Virus record (IMG/VR): IMGVR_UViG_3300020446_000014
Span: 1 to 52,881 of that record
Strand: one strand, 5' to 3'
Source of the DNA: a virus
Lineage: Duplodnaviria > Caudoviricetes
DNA length: 52,881 nt
Part shown: piece by piece, positions 1 through 9,718 of the stretch
Layout of the letters: every line of letters starts with the position of its first letter
Position numbering within the stretch: position 1 is the stretch's first letter
The notes under the pieces: model-generated
Databases searched by the model: none
What the model was told of the DNA's origin: nothing
The model's input: the letters and a program-made list of their open reading frames with translations, nothing else
Translations under genes and position numbers: made by a program

Positions 1-3000
1 ATAAGCCGGGAAAGACAAATCTCACATCACCGGGTGCGGATGTGAAGGATCCTGCAGCACCCGATACGGATTCCAAGTCGGAAGATGGTTCTTTGGAATA
101 TACAGGTTCTGAACCTTTTAAAGATTTTAAAGAAAAAAAATCAGTAATAACAGAAGAAGGTGAAGCAGAATTAAGACAACTTGGAGATGGTGAATTTCAA
201 CCTATTGAGCTAGAAGAGGTTGTTGTTGAAGGAGTAGACAAAACAAAAATAAGAGAAGCTAAAGAAAGAGACGCTAGAATTAAAGCTATTTCTAGTATAT
301 CAAAAATTCCTGAATTAGGTGTTTCAGTTTCAGCAGGAGTTGCAGCAACAACTTTAGATATAACAAAAGGATTTTTAGAATTAATAGATAAATATGGATC
401 AGTACCAGTTACTAATGCTATTGGTAAAGCTTTAGGGTATGACGCGACTCTTAAAGAAGATTTACAATTAAGTGCTGATAACTATGCTGCTTTTGATGAA
501 GTAACTAATTTGTTTAGAAATTATACTATTAAAAAGTTTGATGAAAAGGGCAATGAAATTGATATAGTAGGTTTACTTAAGAAAGGTGATTACGAAAATG
601 CAGCAGATTTGTCAATAAGTGAAGGTTTTAGTGCTGCACCTTATTTAGCTTTAAGTATAATAAGTCCTATTTACGGGAGTGCTTTAATTGGCGCATCTGT
701 TACCGGCCAAGAAATAGCAACAGCATTAAAAGAAAGACCTGAAGAGTCTTTATTAAAGTTATATGGAGCATCTGCTTTAAAAGGAGGTGTTGAATTTGCA
801 ACTAATGCTATAGGCGGTGGTTTACAAAGAGGATTTTTAGGAATTGGTAAAACATTAAATATAGGCACAAATGCTTATAAAAAAGCAGCAAAAGAGTTTA
901 CTAAAACTTATATGGGTAAATTTGCCTCGTCAGCAGCTGGATTAACTAAATCAGGCGCAGTAAATTTTATAGAAGAATTTTCTGCTGAAATTGGCAATTC
1001 ATTAGTTGACAATTTTGTTTATGGTGATAAACAAGAGTTTTATGCTGAAATAAGAAAAGCAACTAACGCTGGATTTGCAGGACTTGTATTAGGAGCCCCA
1101 ATAGGTGGTATTGGTGGGTTTAACTCTATAGCATCTAAAAATGAAGCTTTAAAATTTATTGCCCCTGCACAATGGAGAAAAGATTATGGCAAGTTAAGAT
1201 ATAGATTAAGTCAAGTTGAAGTAGATTTACAAAACGCACCAGAAAATAAAAAACAAAAATTTACAAAACAAAAAAGAAAGATAGAGTCTCTTATGAAAAT
1301 GAGAGAACAGCAATTAGCTGAATCTTTTAATAATTTGACTAAAAAAGAAAAGAAAACATATCTTGAAAATCTTAAAATTATTGATGATGCATTTGGCGAA
1401 ATTAATAATGATAGATACACTGATGCGCAACAATTAGAAGCTAAAGAAAGATTAGATAGAGCCGCTGCTGAAAATCAAATTTTAGTTGGACAAGAATTTG
1501 CTAATGCTGATGAAGAAATAGCATTAAGAATTATTGCAAGAGAAATAAGAAGTTCTGAAATAATAAAAGAATCACTTAAAAAAGCAAACGCTGCAGGTAT
1601 AAAAGATTTAGAAATAAAATTTGCTACTTCTGAAGATCTTAATAATCCAAGATTAGAAGGATTAAAAACAAGTGAAGGTGTTTATGATTCTAAAACTAAA
1701 ACTATATATATAAATCAAGCTATTGCTAATGAAGCTGAGCAAACAAATGTTATAGGCCATGAACTTTTGCATTATATTATGGCTCAAAAATTTGCTGTAG
1801 ATGATGCCTCTTTAGAACCTTTAGTTAATTCATTTAAAGAATATCTTAAAAAAACACAGCCTAGAATTTATGAAAAAATACAACAGCGAATTGATGAGTA
1901 TTATAGTGAAATAAATGAGGCGGGTGAAAAAGTAATTAAACAAGGAGCTCTGGAAGAATATTTTAATGTATTTTCTGATCTTGTTTCTAAAGAAAAAGTA
2001 ATTGTTAATGAAAGCTTCTCTGATAAAATAAAAAATACAACAAAAAGATTTTTAAATAGTCAAGGCTTTGGAAGTGTTGAATTAAATACAGGAAAAGAAG
2101 TTTTTGATTTTATAAGAAATTATACAAAAAATATTAAAAATTTTAACTTTAAACAATTAGGGGTAGATTTAAAATCTTCAGAAATACCTAAAAAGGTACA
2201 GGAAACAGTTAATGAAGAACAAACAAAGTTTTCTAAATCAGGAGCTTCAGAAAGAGTACAAGAAATATATGAATCTCAAGGTGCGGCTAATGCTTTAGAT
2301 ATAATAGATCAGTTTAAACCTATAACAAATAAAATAGTAAACAGATATAAAGATGTACCTGGTTTTGAATTTGAATTATTAAGAGATGAAATAGAAACAG
2401 GTAAAAGAGGTATACTTGACATGATAATGGATTACACACCTGAAAAAGCAAAAGGTGCTCCATTAGCTGCTTATATAAATAGCTTATTACCAAAAAGAGC
2501 TATTGAAGCGGCAAACCGTATATTAGACACTGAATTTAAACTTGATGTTACAGAGGCTAAAAGTGTTACTGATACAACAACAGAAGAAGTAACAGAAATA
2601 CAAGAACAAGAAACATCTGAAGAATTAAAAAGTTTACGCAAAAAAATGGGTATTGGTGATGAAATAATACCTATTGTTTTTGGAGCTGTTCAAAAAACTT
2701 TTGGCACCAAACTACCTGATATTGATGAAAAAACCTTTAAAAAAGAATTAGAAAAAAGATATAGAACAGAACTTAAAAAGCCTATTTCTAAATTATTTGG
2801 TAAAGGAGAAGCATATGAATCTTTTTTACGCGATAATTTTGAAACAATATATAATTCATTACCTCAATCTATATTTAATAAAAGATTAAAAGAATTTGCT
2901 GAGCCTGTATTAGATGAAGATGGAAAACAAAAAAGAGAAAAAACAGCTGAGGGTAATAAAATATTTACTAAGAAAAAAATATCTAAAGCTGAGTTTATAA

Positions 3001-6000
3001 AATATTTTTTAGGCAGCGACGTAGGAAGATCTACACAAGGTACAAGAAAAACAGCAATAGTAGAAGCTGTAGCAGAAGCATTTGCATTCGATGCTACCAT
3101 GGAAGTTTTATCTGATCCTGCAATTTTACAGAAAGCTGAAGATATAGCTGAATTACAAGGCAAAAAATTACCTGAAAATTTTTTAAATAAATTAAGCGAA
3201 ATAATTGATAGACCTATTAATCTTAAATTTTCTATATCTTTATCTAAAGCAATGGGATTAGAAAGCAAAGATGCTTTTTCTTATACAAACTTTAACGACG
3301 TTAATTTAGGTAGAATAGGTTATGTAGATTTATCAGAAAAAATGATAGCTGCTTATGGTATTCAAGAATTTGTAAATATTATTGATCCTCTTGTTGGCAG
3401 ACAATATAAAAGTAAAAAAGACCCTAGAGGAATTAGTGTAGCTAAAGGTATATCTGTTACAGAAGAAGAATTTAAAAAATATGAAAACGTATTTTTTGTA
3501 AGAAGTAAAATTGATGATAAATATAGAACAGCACAATTTTTAACATTAGGTAGAAAAGATTTTTACGAAAATATTTTAGCTAAAGCTATTAATAAAAAAG
3601 TAGTTTGGACTGGTAGAAGATTAATAATTGATGGTAAAGTAATTGAAAGACAAACGGTTCCACCTCAACAACCTACTAGTAAAGGAAATTATCCTGGTTT
3701 TGAAAATAAAGAAGGATGGGATGCTACTATGCCTGAAAGAGTAAATTTTGCAACAGATCAAAGAAGAGGGTTTAAAAAAATTGTAGATATGTTAAGCCTT
3801 ATATATAATAACTCAGATAAAACAAGAAATGAAGTAGCTAAAATAGGTATGATATTAAATAGTTTTAATTCAAGCACCGATGCTTTAGTTAGAACAGCTG
3901 CTATTCCTGGATTAGAAATGAGAGTTGAGGGATTAAAAAGTGATGAATATAGATACGAGCATACACAACCAGCATCTGAAACTTTAAGACAATTAGCAAA
4001 ATTAATTGTTGGAAATGAAAAAGCTCAGTCATTTGATGAAATAATGGAAAACTTTAGAGTTGCTATAATACCTAAAACATATGATGCAATTATAAATAAA
4101 ACAAAAGCTGACGGAAAAACATTACAAAGTAACTCCCCTTTAGATAGTGATGGTAATTTAATAAAACCTTCTGATCCAACTAAGCCCACAAGATATGTAG
4201 CAGCTGAAAAAGAAATTGCAGATGCTGGATTACCTCCTTTAATTTTAGAAGATTCACAATTAAAATATTCTAGATCATTAAGTAAAGAATTTAATAAATT
4301 ATTAGAACAAACTACAGGAGTTCCATTTTACGAAAAGTTTTCACCTGTTAAAGCTACAATGATGGGAAGGGGTAAAGGTAAAAAATTCTTTATACCTTAT
4401 TCAGCAGATGACTTTGTAGGTTTATTATATGCGACATTAGGCACTAAAAAGCAAGGCGGTAATGAACAAATGAAATGGTATCAAGAAAATTTACTTAGAC
4501 CATTTTCTCGCGGTATACAACAATATGAAACTGCAAAACAAGTTGCATTACGTAATTGGCAAGTTCTTAAGAAAGAAGCTAAAAAAAATGTACCTGGTGG
4601 TTTAAATAAAGTCAATGAAACCGGATTTACAAATCAAAATTCATTAAGAGTTTATATGTGGCGTAAACAAGGTATAAAAGATAAAGATATACCTGGAATA
4701 AGCTCGCAAGAATTAAGAGATAATAGTAGAATAGTAAGAAATAATCCTAAGCTAAAAGCTTTTGCTGAAAGATTAATGGCTTTAAACCCTGAAGGTTATC
4801 CTCCGCCATCTACAGAATGGATAGCTGGTGATATTACTACTGATTTAGTTTCTTATATAAATGATGTAAAGAGAGCTGAATATTTAACTCAATGGAAAGA
4901 AAATGTTGATCAAATATTTAATGATCAAAATAAAAACAAGTTAAAAGCATTATACGGTGAATCATATATTAAAGCATTAGAAAACATGCTTTATAGAATG
5001 GAAAAGGGTAGAAATAAATTTAAAGATGCTAGCGATATTGAAAGAAAGTTTCAAACATGGACTAACAATTCTGTAGGTACTATAATGTTCTTTAACGCTA
5101 GGTCTGCTGTACTGCAAACATTATCTGCTGTTAACTTTATAAACTTTAGTGATAATAATCCAATTGCTGCGGGTATAGCATTAGCTAATTTTCCGCAGTA
5201 TGTAAAAGATTTTTCAACATTATTTAATTCAGACTTTTTAAAACAAAGACGTTCTGGTTTACAAACTGATGTAAATGCTGATGAAATTGCAAAAGCAGCA
5301 GCTACATCTAAAAACCAAGTACAAGCAATGCTTGCTGCAATACTTAAGTTTGGATTTACACCAACACAAATTGCTGACTCATTTGCTATTGCTTCAGGTG
5401 GTGCTACGTTTTATAGAAACAGAATAAACAAATACAAAAAAGAAGGATTAAGTCAAAAAGAAGCAGAACAAAAAGCATTTACAGACTTTCAAGAAATAGC
5501 AGAAGAAACACAACAGTCTGCTAGGCCTGATAGAATATCTATGCAACAAGCAGGTTCATTAGGTAGACTTGTATTAGCATTTGGTAACACTCCAATGCAA
5601 TATGCAAGGCTTACAAAAAAGGCTACATTAGATTTAATTAATGGAAGAGGAGATTGGAAGACAAATATAAGTAAGATTGCGTATTATAGTGTAATACAGA
5701 ATATTATATTCTCCGCTTTACAACAAGGACTATTTGCACTGCTATTTGATGATGAAGAAGAAGATGATAAGAAAGCAAGATATTATAGAATAGGTAATAG
5801 TAGTGCTGATACATTATTAAGAGGTATGGGGGTTTATGGTGCTGCCGCGGCAACAGTTAAGAATATGATTATCAAGATAGTAGAAGAAGCTAAAAAATCT
5901 AGGCCTGATTATACTAAAGTTGCAATAGAAGCAACAGCCATATCACCGCCTATAAACTCTAAATTAAGAAAACTTGTTTCAGCTGGTAAAACATTTACAT

Positions 6001-6314
6001 ATAAGCAATCAAAAGAAAAAGTATTTACAGAAGGATTTAGTTTAGATAATCCAGCTTTTTTAGCCGCTGGAAAAGTAATTTCTGCTGGAACTAATTTACC
6101 CGCTGACCGTATAGTTTTAAAAATGGATCACATATATACAGCAATGCAACCTGAAACAGAACTTTGGCAAGGTACTGCATTAATGCTTGGATGGGGTGAA
6201 TGGGAATTAGGTATGATAGAAAAGCAAACCAAAAAAGAAAGTAAAGCAAAGTCCTTTTTGAAAACAAAAAAATTAAAAAGTGGTTTAAAAAGAAAAAAAT
6301 TAAAAACAAAATGA
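1..6314 (+). CDS. Giant multidomain virion/ejection (polyvalent) protein, 5'-truncated; zincin metallopeptidase, sigma70 region-2-like segment, EHxxP nuclease-like segment, helical C-terminal domain
   Basis: Frame is open from the window edge (KPGKTNLTSPGADVK before the GTG at 42). GVYD..TKTIYIN..VIGHELLH zincin motif at 1758-1772 with downstream EE. Sigma-like stretch at 2301-2525. Lies at the end of the structural operon. Confidence 0.75.
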   Translation, partial: KPGKTNLTSPGADVKDPAAPDTDSKSEDGSLEYTGSEPFKDFKEKKSVITEEGEAELRQLGDGEFQPIELEEVVVEGVDKTKIREAKERDARIKAISSISKIPELGVSVSAGVAATTLDITKGFLELIDKYGSVPVTNAIGKALGYDATLKEDLQLSADNYAAFDEVTNLFRNYTIKKFDEKGNEIDIVGLLKKGDYENAADLSISEGFSAAPYLALSIISPIYGSALIGASVTGQEIATALKERPEESLLKLYGASALKGGVEFATNAIGGGLQRGFLGIGKTLNIGTNAYKKAAKEFTKTYMGKFASSAAGLTKSGAVNFIEEFSAEIGNSLVDNFVYGDKQEFYAEIRKATNAGFAGLVLGAPIGGIGGFNSIASKNEALKFIAPAQWRKDYGKLRYRLSQVEVDLQNAPENKKQKFTKQKRKIESLMKMREQQLAESFNNLTKKEKKTYLENLKIIDDAFGEINNDRYTDAQQLEAKERLDRAAAENQILVGQEFANADEEIALRIIAREIRSSEIIKESLKKANAAGIKDLEIKFATSEDLNNPRLEGLKTSEGVYDSKTKTIYINQAIANEAEQTNVIGHELLHYIMAQKFAVDDASLEPLVNSFKEYLKKTQPRIYEKIQQRIDEYYSEINEAGEKVIKQGALEEYFNVFSDLVSKEKVIVNESFSDKIKNTTKRFLNSQGFGSVELNTGKEVFDFIRNYTKNIKNFNFKQLGVDLKSSEIPKKVQETVNEEQTKFSKSGASERVQEIYESQGAANALDIIDQFKPITNKIVNRYKDVPGFEFELLRDEIETGKRGILDMIMDYTPEKAKGAPLAAYINSLLPKRAIEAANRILDTEFKLDVTEAKSVTDTTTEEVTEIQEQETSEELKSLRKKMGIGDEIIPIVFGAVQKTFGTKLPDIDEKTFKKELEKRYRTELKKPISKLFGKGEAYESFLRDNFETIYNSLPQSIFNKRLKEFAEPVLDEDGKQKREKTAEGNKIFTKKKISKAEFIKYFLGSDVGRSTQGTRKTAIVEAVAEAFAFDATMEVLSDPAILQKAEDIAELQGKKLPENFLNKLSEIIDRPINLKFSISLSKAMGLESKDAFSYTNFNDVNLGRIGYVDLSEKMIAAYGIQEFVNIIDPLVGRQYKSKKDPRGISVAKGISVTEEEFKKYENVFFVRSKIDDKYRTAQFLTLGRKDFYENILAKAINKKVVWTGRRLIIDGKVIERQTVPPQQPTSKGNYPGFENKEGWDATMPERVNFATDQRRGFKKIVDMLSLIYNNSDKTRNEVAKIGMILNSFNSSTDALVRTAAIPGLEMRVEGLKSDEYRYEHTQPASETLRQLAKLIVGNEKAQSFDEIMENFRVAIIPKTYDAIINKTKADGKTLQSNSPLDSDGNLIKPSDPTKPTRYVAAEKEIADAGLPPLILEDSQLKYSRSLSKEFNKLLEQTTGVPFYEKFSPVKATMMGRGKGKKFFIPYSADDFVGLLYATLGTKKQGGNEQMKWYQENLLRPFSRGIQQYETAKQVALRNWQVLKKEAKKNVPGGLNKVNETGFTNQNSLRVYMWRKQGIKDKDIPGISSQELRDNSRIVRNNPKLKAFAERLMALNPEGYPPPSTEWIAGDITTDLVSYINDVKRAEYLTQWKENVDQIFNDQNKNKLKALYGESYIKALENMLYRMEKGRNKFKDASDIERKFQTWTNNSVGTIMFFNARSAVLQTLSAVNFINFSDNNPIAAGIALANFPQYVKDFSTLFNSDFLKQRRSGLQTDVNADEIAKAAATSKNQVQAMLAAILKFGFTPTQIADSFAIASGGATFYRNRINKYKKEGLSQKEAEQKAFTDFQEIAEETQQSARPDRISMQQAGSLGRLVLAFGNTPMQYARLTKKATLDLINGRGDWKTNISKIAYYSVIQNIIFSALQQGLFALLFDDEEEDDKKARYYRIGNSSADTLLRGMGVYGAAAATVKNMIIKIVEEAKKSRPDYTKVAIEATAISPPINSKLRKLVSAGKTFTYKQSKEKVFTEGFSLDNPAFLAAGKVISAGTNLPADRIVLKMDHIYTAMQPETELWQGTALMLGWGEWELGMIEKQTKKESKAKSFLKTKKLKSGLKRKKLKTK

Positions 6315-6472
6315 AGTACGCTCCGATAACATCAAAAACATGCACTAAGTCACCTTTACTTAAAAAGGATGCATGCTATAGAAAAGCAAAAGCTAAATAT
6401 AGAGTATTTCCTTCTGCATATGCATCAGGTTATATTGCAAAATGCCGTAAAAGAGGCGGTAATATAGGATAA
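6311..6472 (+). CDS. Small basic protein, 53 aa (MKYAPITSK...FPSAYASGYIAKCRKRGG), not in the ORF track
   Basis: ATG 6311 overlaps the upstream stop (ATGA); TAA 6470-6472 overlaps the next ATG (TAATG). Confidence 0.7.
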   Translation: MKYAPITSKTCTKSPLLKKDACYRKAKAKYRVFPSAYASGYIAKCRKRGGNIG

Positions 6473-6825
6473 TGCCTTACGTTAGTGATGCCCAAAGAAA
6501 AGCTGTATGGGCTAGTAAAAACGAAAGAGCTGCTTTAAAAAAAGTAAGAAAAACAGAACAAGGCGCTAATCTTAAAAGATGGTTTAAAGAAAAATGGGTT
6601 GATGTTCGTACAGGTAAACCCTGTGGTAGAAGCAAAGGAGAAAGCAGAGGTGTACCATATTGTAGGCCTAGTAAAAAAATATCTAGTAAAACAGGTAAAA
6701 CAGCAGGAGAAATGTCTGCTTCAGAAAAAAGAAGTAAAATTAGAGAGAAAACAAGGTTAGGGCAGCCAGCAGGTAAGCCGCGAAGAGTTAGTCCGATTAC
6801 AATGAAAAGCTCTTGTAAATATTAA
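6472..6825 (+). CDS. Basic phage protein (LKRWFKEKWVD / PYCRP type)
   Basis: 117-aa Lys/Arg-rich ORF translationally coupled to the upstream gene. Confidence 0.75.
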   Translation: MPYVSDAQRKAVWASKNERAALKKVRKTEQGANLKRWFKEKWVDVRTGKPCGRSKGESRGVPYCRPSKKISSKTGKTAGEMSASEKRSKIREKTRLGQPAGKPRRVSPITMKSSCKY

Positions 6826-6833
6826 TCAAAAAA

Positions 6834-6980
6834 ATGGTAGAAGATTTGAAAATATATAGCATAAATTTGATAGCATTAGCTACTAGTATGACTTCTGTTA
6901 CACCGGTTTTACAAACTCTTGTATTGCTGTTAAGTATTATTTATACAGTAATAGGCATTTATAAACGATTAAAAAAGTAA
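6834..6980 (+). CDS. Small membrane protein, 48 aa, holin-like
   Basis: MVEDLKIYSINLIALATSMTSVTPVLQTLVLLLSIIYTVIGIYKRLKK: hydrophobic helices and a basic tail; not in the ORF track. Confidence 0.6.
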   Translation: MVEDLKIYSINLIALATSMTSVTPVLQTLVLLLSIIYTVIGIYKRLKK

Positions 6981-6986
6981 AAATAT

Positions 6987-7412
6987 ATGGCACTTCCCAG
7001 AAACGGCGTTGCGCGCGAAATTAGACATTATGTAGGATCATTATTTATATTCCTATTTGTTATAGGTATTATTGTAGCACTTATACAATTCCCTGTGTTA
7101 GATACTAATAAAGAAGTTGTAATGATGCTTATTGGTACAATTTCCGCAAGTATTGGTATTGTGGTAAGTACAATCACTGGTGCCAAACCAGATGATGTTA
7201 CCGCTTTAAAAAATGAAGTTGAAAAGAAAAACAACCAAATTGACATGCTTGTTCAAGCAAAAGATAATTTAGAAGCCATGGTTATTGGTCTTCAAAAACA
7301 AATGCTTGACAATCAAGACAATGTGATGGATAAAATTATTCTTAAAGCAGCACTTGAGCATGATGACAGATATATGGCTAAAAAAGCAATGCAAGGTAAA
7401 AACAAATCATAA
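6987..7412 (+). CDS. Membrane protein with 2 TM helices and a C-terminal coiled coil
   Basis: Two hydrophobic stretches followed by a heptad-like region. Confidence 0.7.
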   Translation: MALPRNGVAREIRHYVGSLFIFLFVIGIIVALIQFPVLDTNKEVVMMLIGTISASIGIVVSTITGAKPDDVTALKNEVEKKNNQIDMLVQAKDNLEAMVIGLQKQMLDNQDNVMDKIILKAALEHDDRYMAKKAMQGKNKS

Positions 7413-7423
7413 AAAAATAAATT

Positions 7424-7732
7424 ATGACAACTGAAGAAAAAAATAAATTAACTACAGAAATTAAATCTTATGTACAAAGTGCTTTAAAAAGAAGTGATTG
7501 GTACATTACAAGAAAAGCTGAAAGAGATATAGCTATACCTCAATCTATTACAGATGAAAGAACAGCAATATTAGCAGCATATGATACTTATGAAGCCGGT
7601 ATAGATGCAAAATCAACATATCAAGAGGGATATGGGTTTATGACAGGCATTGTTATAAATAATGAGCCATTGCATTTTGAATTTTTAGCAAAGAAAAACC
7701 CTATGGTTTATCCTCAGGAAAGAATAATATAA
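7424..7732 (+). CDS. Putative tail fibre assembly chaperone-like protein
   Basis: LKRSDWYITRKAER motif; directly upstream of fibre genes. Confidence 0.5.
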   Translation: MTTEEKNKLTTEIKSYVQSALKRSDWYITRKAERDIAIPQSITDERTAILAAYDTYEAGIDAKSTYQEGYGFMTGIVINNEPLHFEFLAKKNPMVYPQERII

Positions 7733-7754
7733 ATAATATATAAAAATATAAGTT

Positions 7755-9686
7755 ATGCCAGAAAAATATGAATTGTTCTTAGATAAGAATAAAAAAGTAA
7801 AACTTGCCGCGAATGACCAAGGTGATTTTTTTGCAGAAGCAAACGGCAATAGAATTAAACTAGGGGAACAAGGCCTACAAACAATTAATAAAACAACAGG
7901 AGCTCCAGAAAGTGTTGGAGGCGCTCCAGACCCTAATCAAATAATACGAACTATTACTGGAGTTGAACAAAACGCATTTGGTGAAGATTCAGGTAGAACA
8001 ACATTTACTCATACCTCTTTACCTGGAGAAACTTTAATCGGATGGTATGCTCAAGCAAATAGTGGTAATTCACCAAGATTATTTCTTACAATAAACCCAG
8101 CTCTTAATAACTCCGGTACTCTTTCAGCTCCCGATGGAACTATAGTTTATGGAGGTAATAATGGTCCTTTCAAAATATCACTAAAAATAAATGGTAATGT
8201 TTATGGCCCAATGCGTATGAATTTGAATAATGCTTCTTGGTACAACGCTTCTCAAATAGCTTTTTCAGTACCTGCTCATGATCAAATTGTAATACAGTAC
8301 GCTCACCAAGATGTTTCAAATTTTTCTGCTATGGAAGCTGATTTATTAGCTGTTGCAAATACTACAGAATTAGCAGGTGCAGGACCAAATGATGCTTTTT
8401 CTAATGGATTTAGTCAAAGACAAGGAGGTATATATGGTCTTCCTTTATCTGCTGATATACAACTATATATAGTAGAAGACATAGATGTTACAACACCAAT
8501 TAAATTTAGTGAAACAACTAATTTTATTAAAAAGTTATCAATTGTAACAGATAATGAAGCTGAACAATTATTTAAAACAACAGATGATTTTAGTACTAAA
8601 ACACCATATTCTTCAGGAGATCAAAGATGGAATCATCAAGCAATGGCTTTAGATAATGTGTTACAAGTTAGTGGTGTAAAAGCAGGTGGTCTTTACAAAG
8701 TTCAGAGTTGGGGTGCTAATTTTAATAATGTTAATGAGATATTTACAAATAATAATACTCATGAGTTTCTAGGTATTGAAATAGAATTTGATAGATACAC
8801 AGATGAAAGCACGTATGGAATCACATATGTAGATCTTTTAATGGGTATGGAAGGTTTTTTAAATGCTAATCAATCCGGTAAAAAACATTTAATATTTTAT
8901 TCTAAAAATCATTCTCAGTATAATGGATCTGGCCCTGGTGAATATTTTATGTATACATTATATGGACAAGATAATGCACCTAACACTGGATCACAAAATT
9001 CACAAGGATTAGCTTATAGTGTTGATCCTAATGGAAGCGGAGGTTATGGTGTTGAATATCCTATGGAAACTTATTATCCTGGAAGAGGACATAGACTTAG
9101 GTTAGAAATTAATGGGAATGGCTATATGTATGGTTATCCTCTTGATAGAGGAGTTGACAAAAATCCAGGTTATGGTAGATTTGGACAATATGGTATTCCC
9201 GGAAATATAGTTAATATTGATTTAAGAGCACAAATTACAGGAAAAATGGGAGATCAGGATGCTAATGCTAATCCTTATATGTATAATGATTATTCAACTG
9301 GTAATCATATAAATATTAAAGTTACTCCTGGCACAAAATATTTTATAACAGATGGAGCTTGGCCTTCAAGTTCAGCTTTTCCTCCTGGCCAAGTAATAGG
9401 TGTAATTCTTGATTGCGCGTATCTAAAACAAGGTGATGAATTTGGTTTTGCTTTTGATCATTTAGGTAACGGGACAAATTTATGGCCGGGTCAAACAAAT
9501 TATAATGTTAATATAGTATTTGCTTTTGGTAATAATGGTTACCAAATGTGGCAGGGATATAGACCCAATTTCGGAGGTTCTGCAGATTTTAGAATGACTA
9601 TTTCTGAAACATCAGGAATAGTTGTATGGAATCAATTAAATGGAGGTACTTATTCTACTGCAACAATGAATACAGCATTAATATAA
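7755..9686 (+). CDS. Putative tail fibre/spike (receptor-binding) protein
   Basis: 643 aa, Gly/Asn/Tyr-rich and beta-like; flanked by chaperone-like genes. Confidence 0.55.
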   Translation: MPEKYELFLDKNKKVKLAANDQGDFFAEANGNRIKLGEQGLQTINKTTGAPESVGGAPDPNQIIRTITGVEQNAFGEDSGRTTFTHTSLPGETLIGWYAQANSGNSPRLFLTINPALNNSGTLSAPDGTIVYGGNNGPFKISLKINGNVYGPMRMNLNNASWYNASQIAFSVPAHDQIVIQYAHQDVSNFSAMEADLLAVANTTELAGAGPNDAFSNGFSQRQGGIYGLPLSADIQLYIVEDIDVTTPIKFSETTNFIKKLSIVTDNEAEQLFKTTDDFSTKTPYSSGDQRWNHQAMALDNVLQVSGVKAGGLYKVQSWGANFNNVNEIFTNNNTHEFLGIEIEFDRYTDESTYGITYVDLLMGMEGFLNANQSGKKHLIFYSKNHSQYNGSGPGEYFMYTLYGQDNAPNTGSQNSQGLAYSVDPNGSGGYGVEYPMETYYPGRGHRLRLEINGNGYMYGYPLDRGVDKNPGYGRFGQYGIPGNIVNIDLRAQITGKMGDQDANANPYMYNDYSTGNHINIKVTPGTKYFITDGAWPSSSAFPPGQVIGVILDCAYLKQGDEFGFAFDHLGNGTNLWPGQTNYNVNIVFAFGNNGYQMWQGYRPNFGGSADFRMTISETSGIVVWNQLNGGTYSTATMNTALI

Positions 9687-9718
9687 CAAATAAATAACAC
9701 AATAAATAACACAAAAGA

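Noticed and set aside
1-6314. Giant protein as a crAss-like virion RNA polymerase
   Set aside because: No DxDxD catalytic motif is seen in the visible portion; the N-terminus lies outside the window, so this is not fully excluded.
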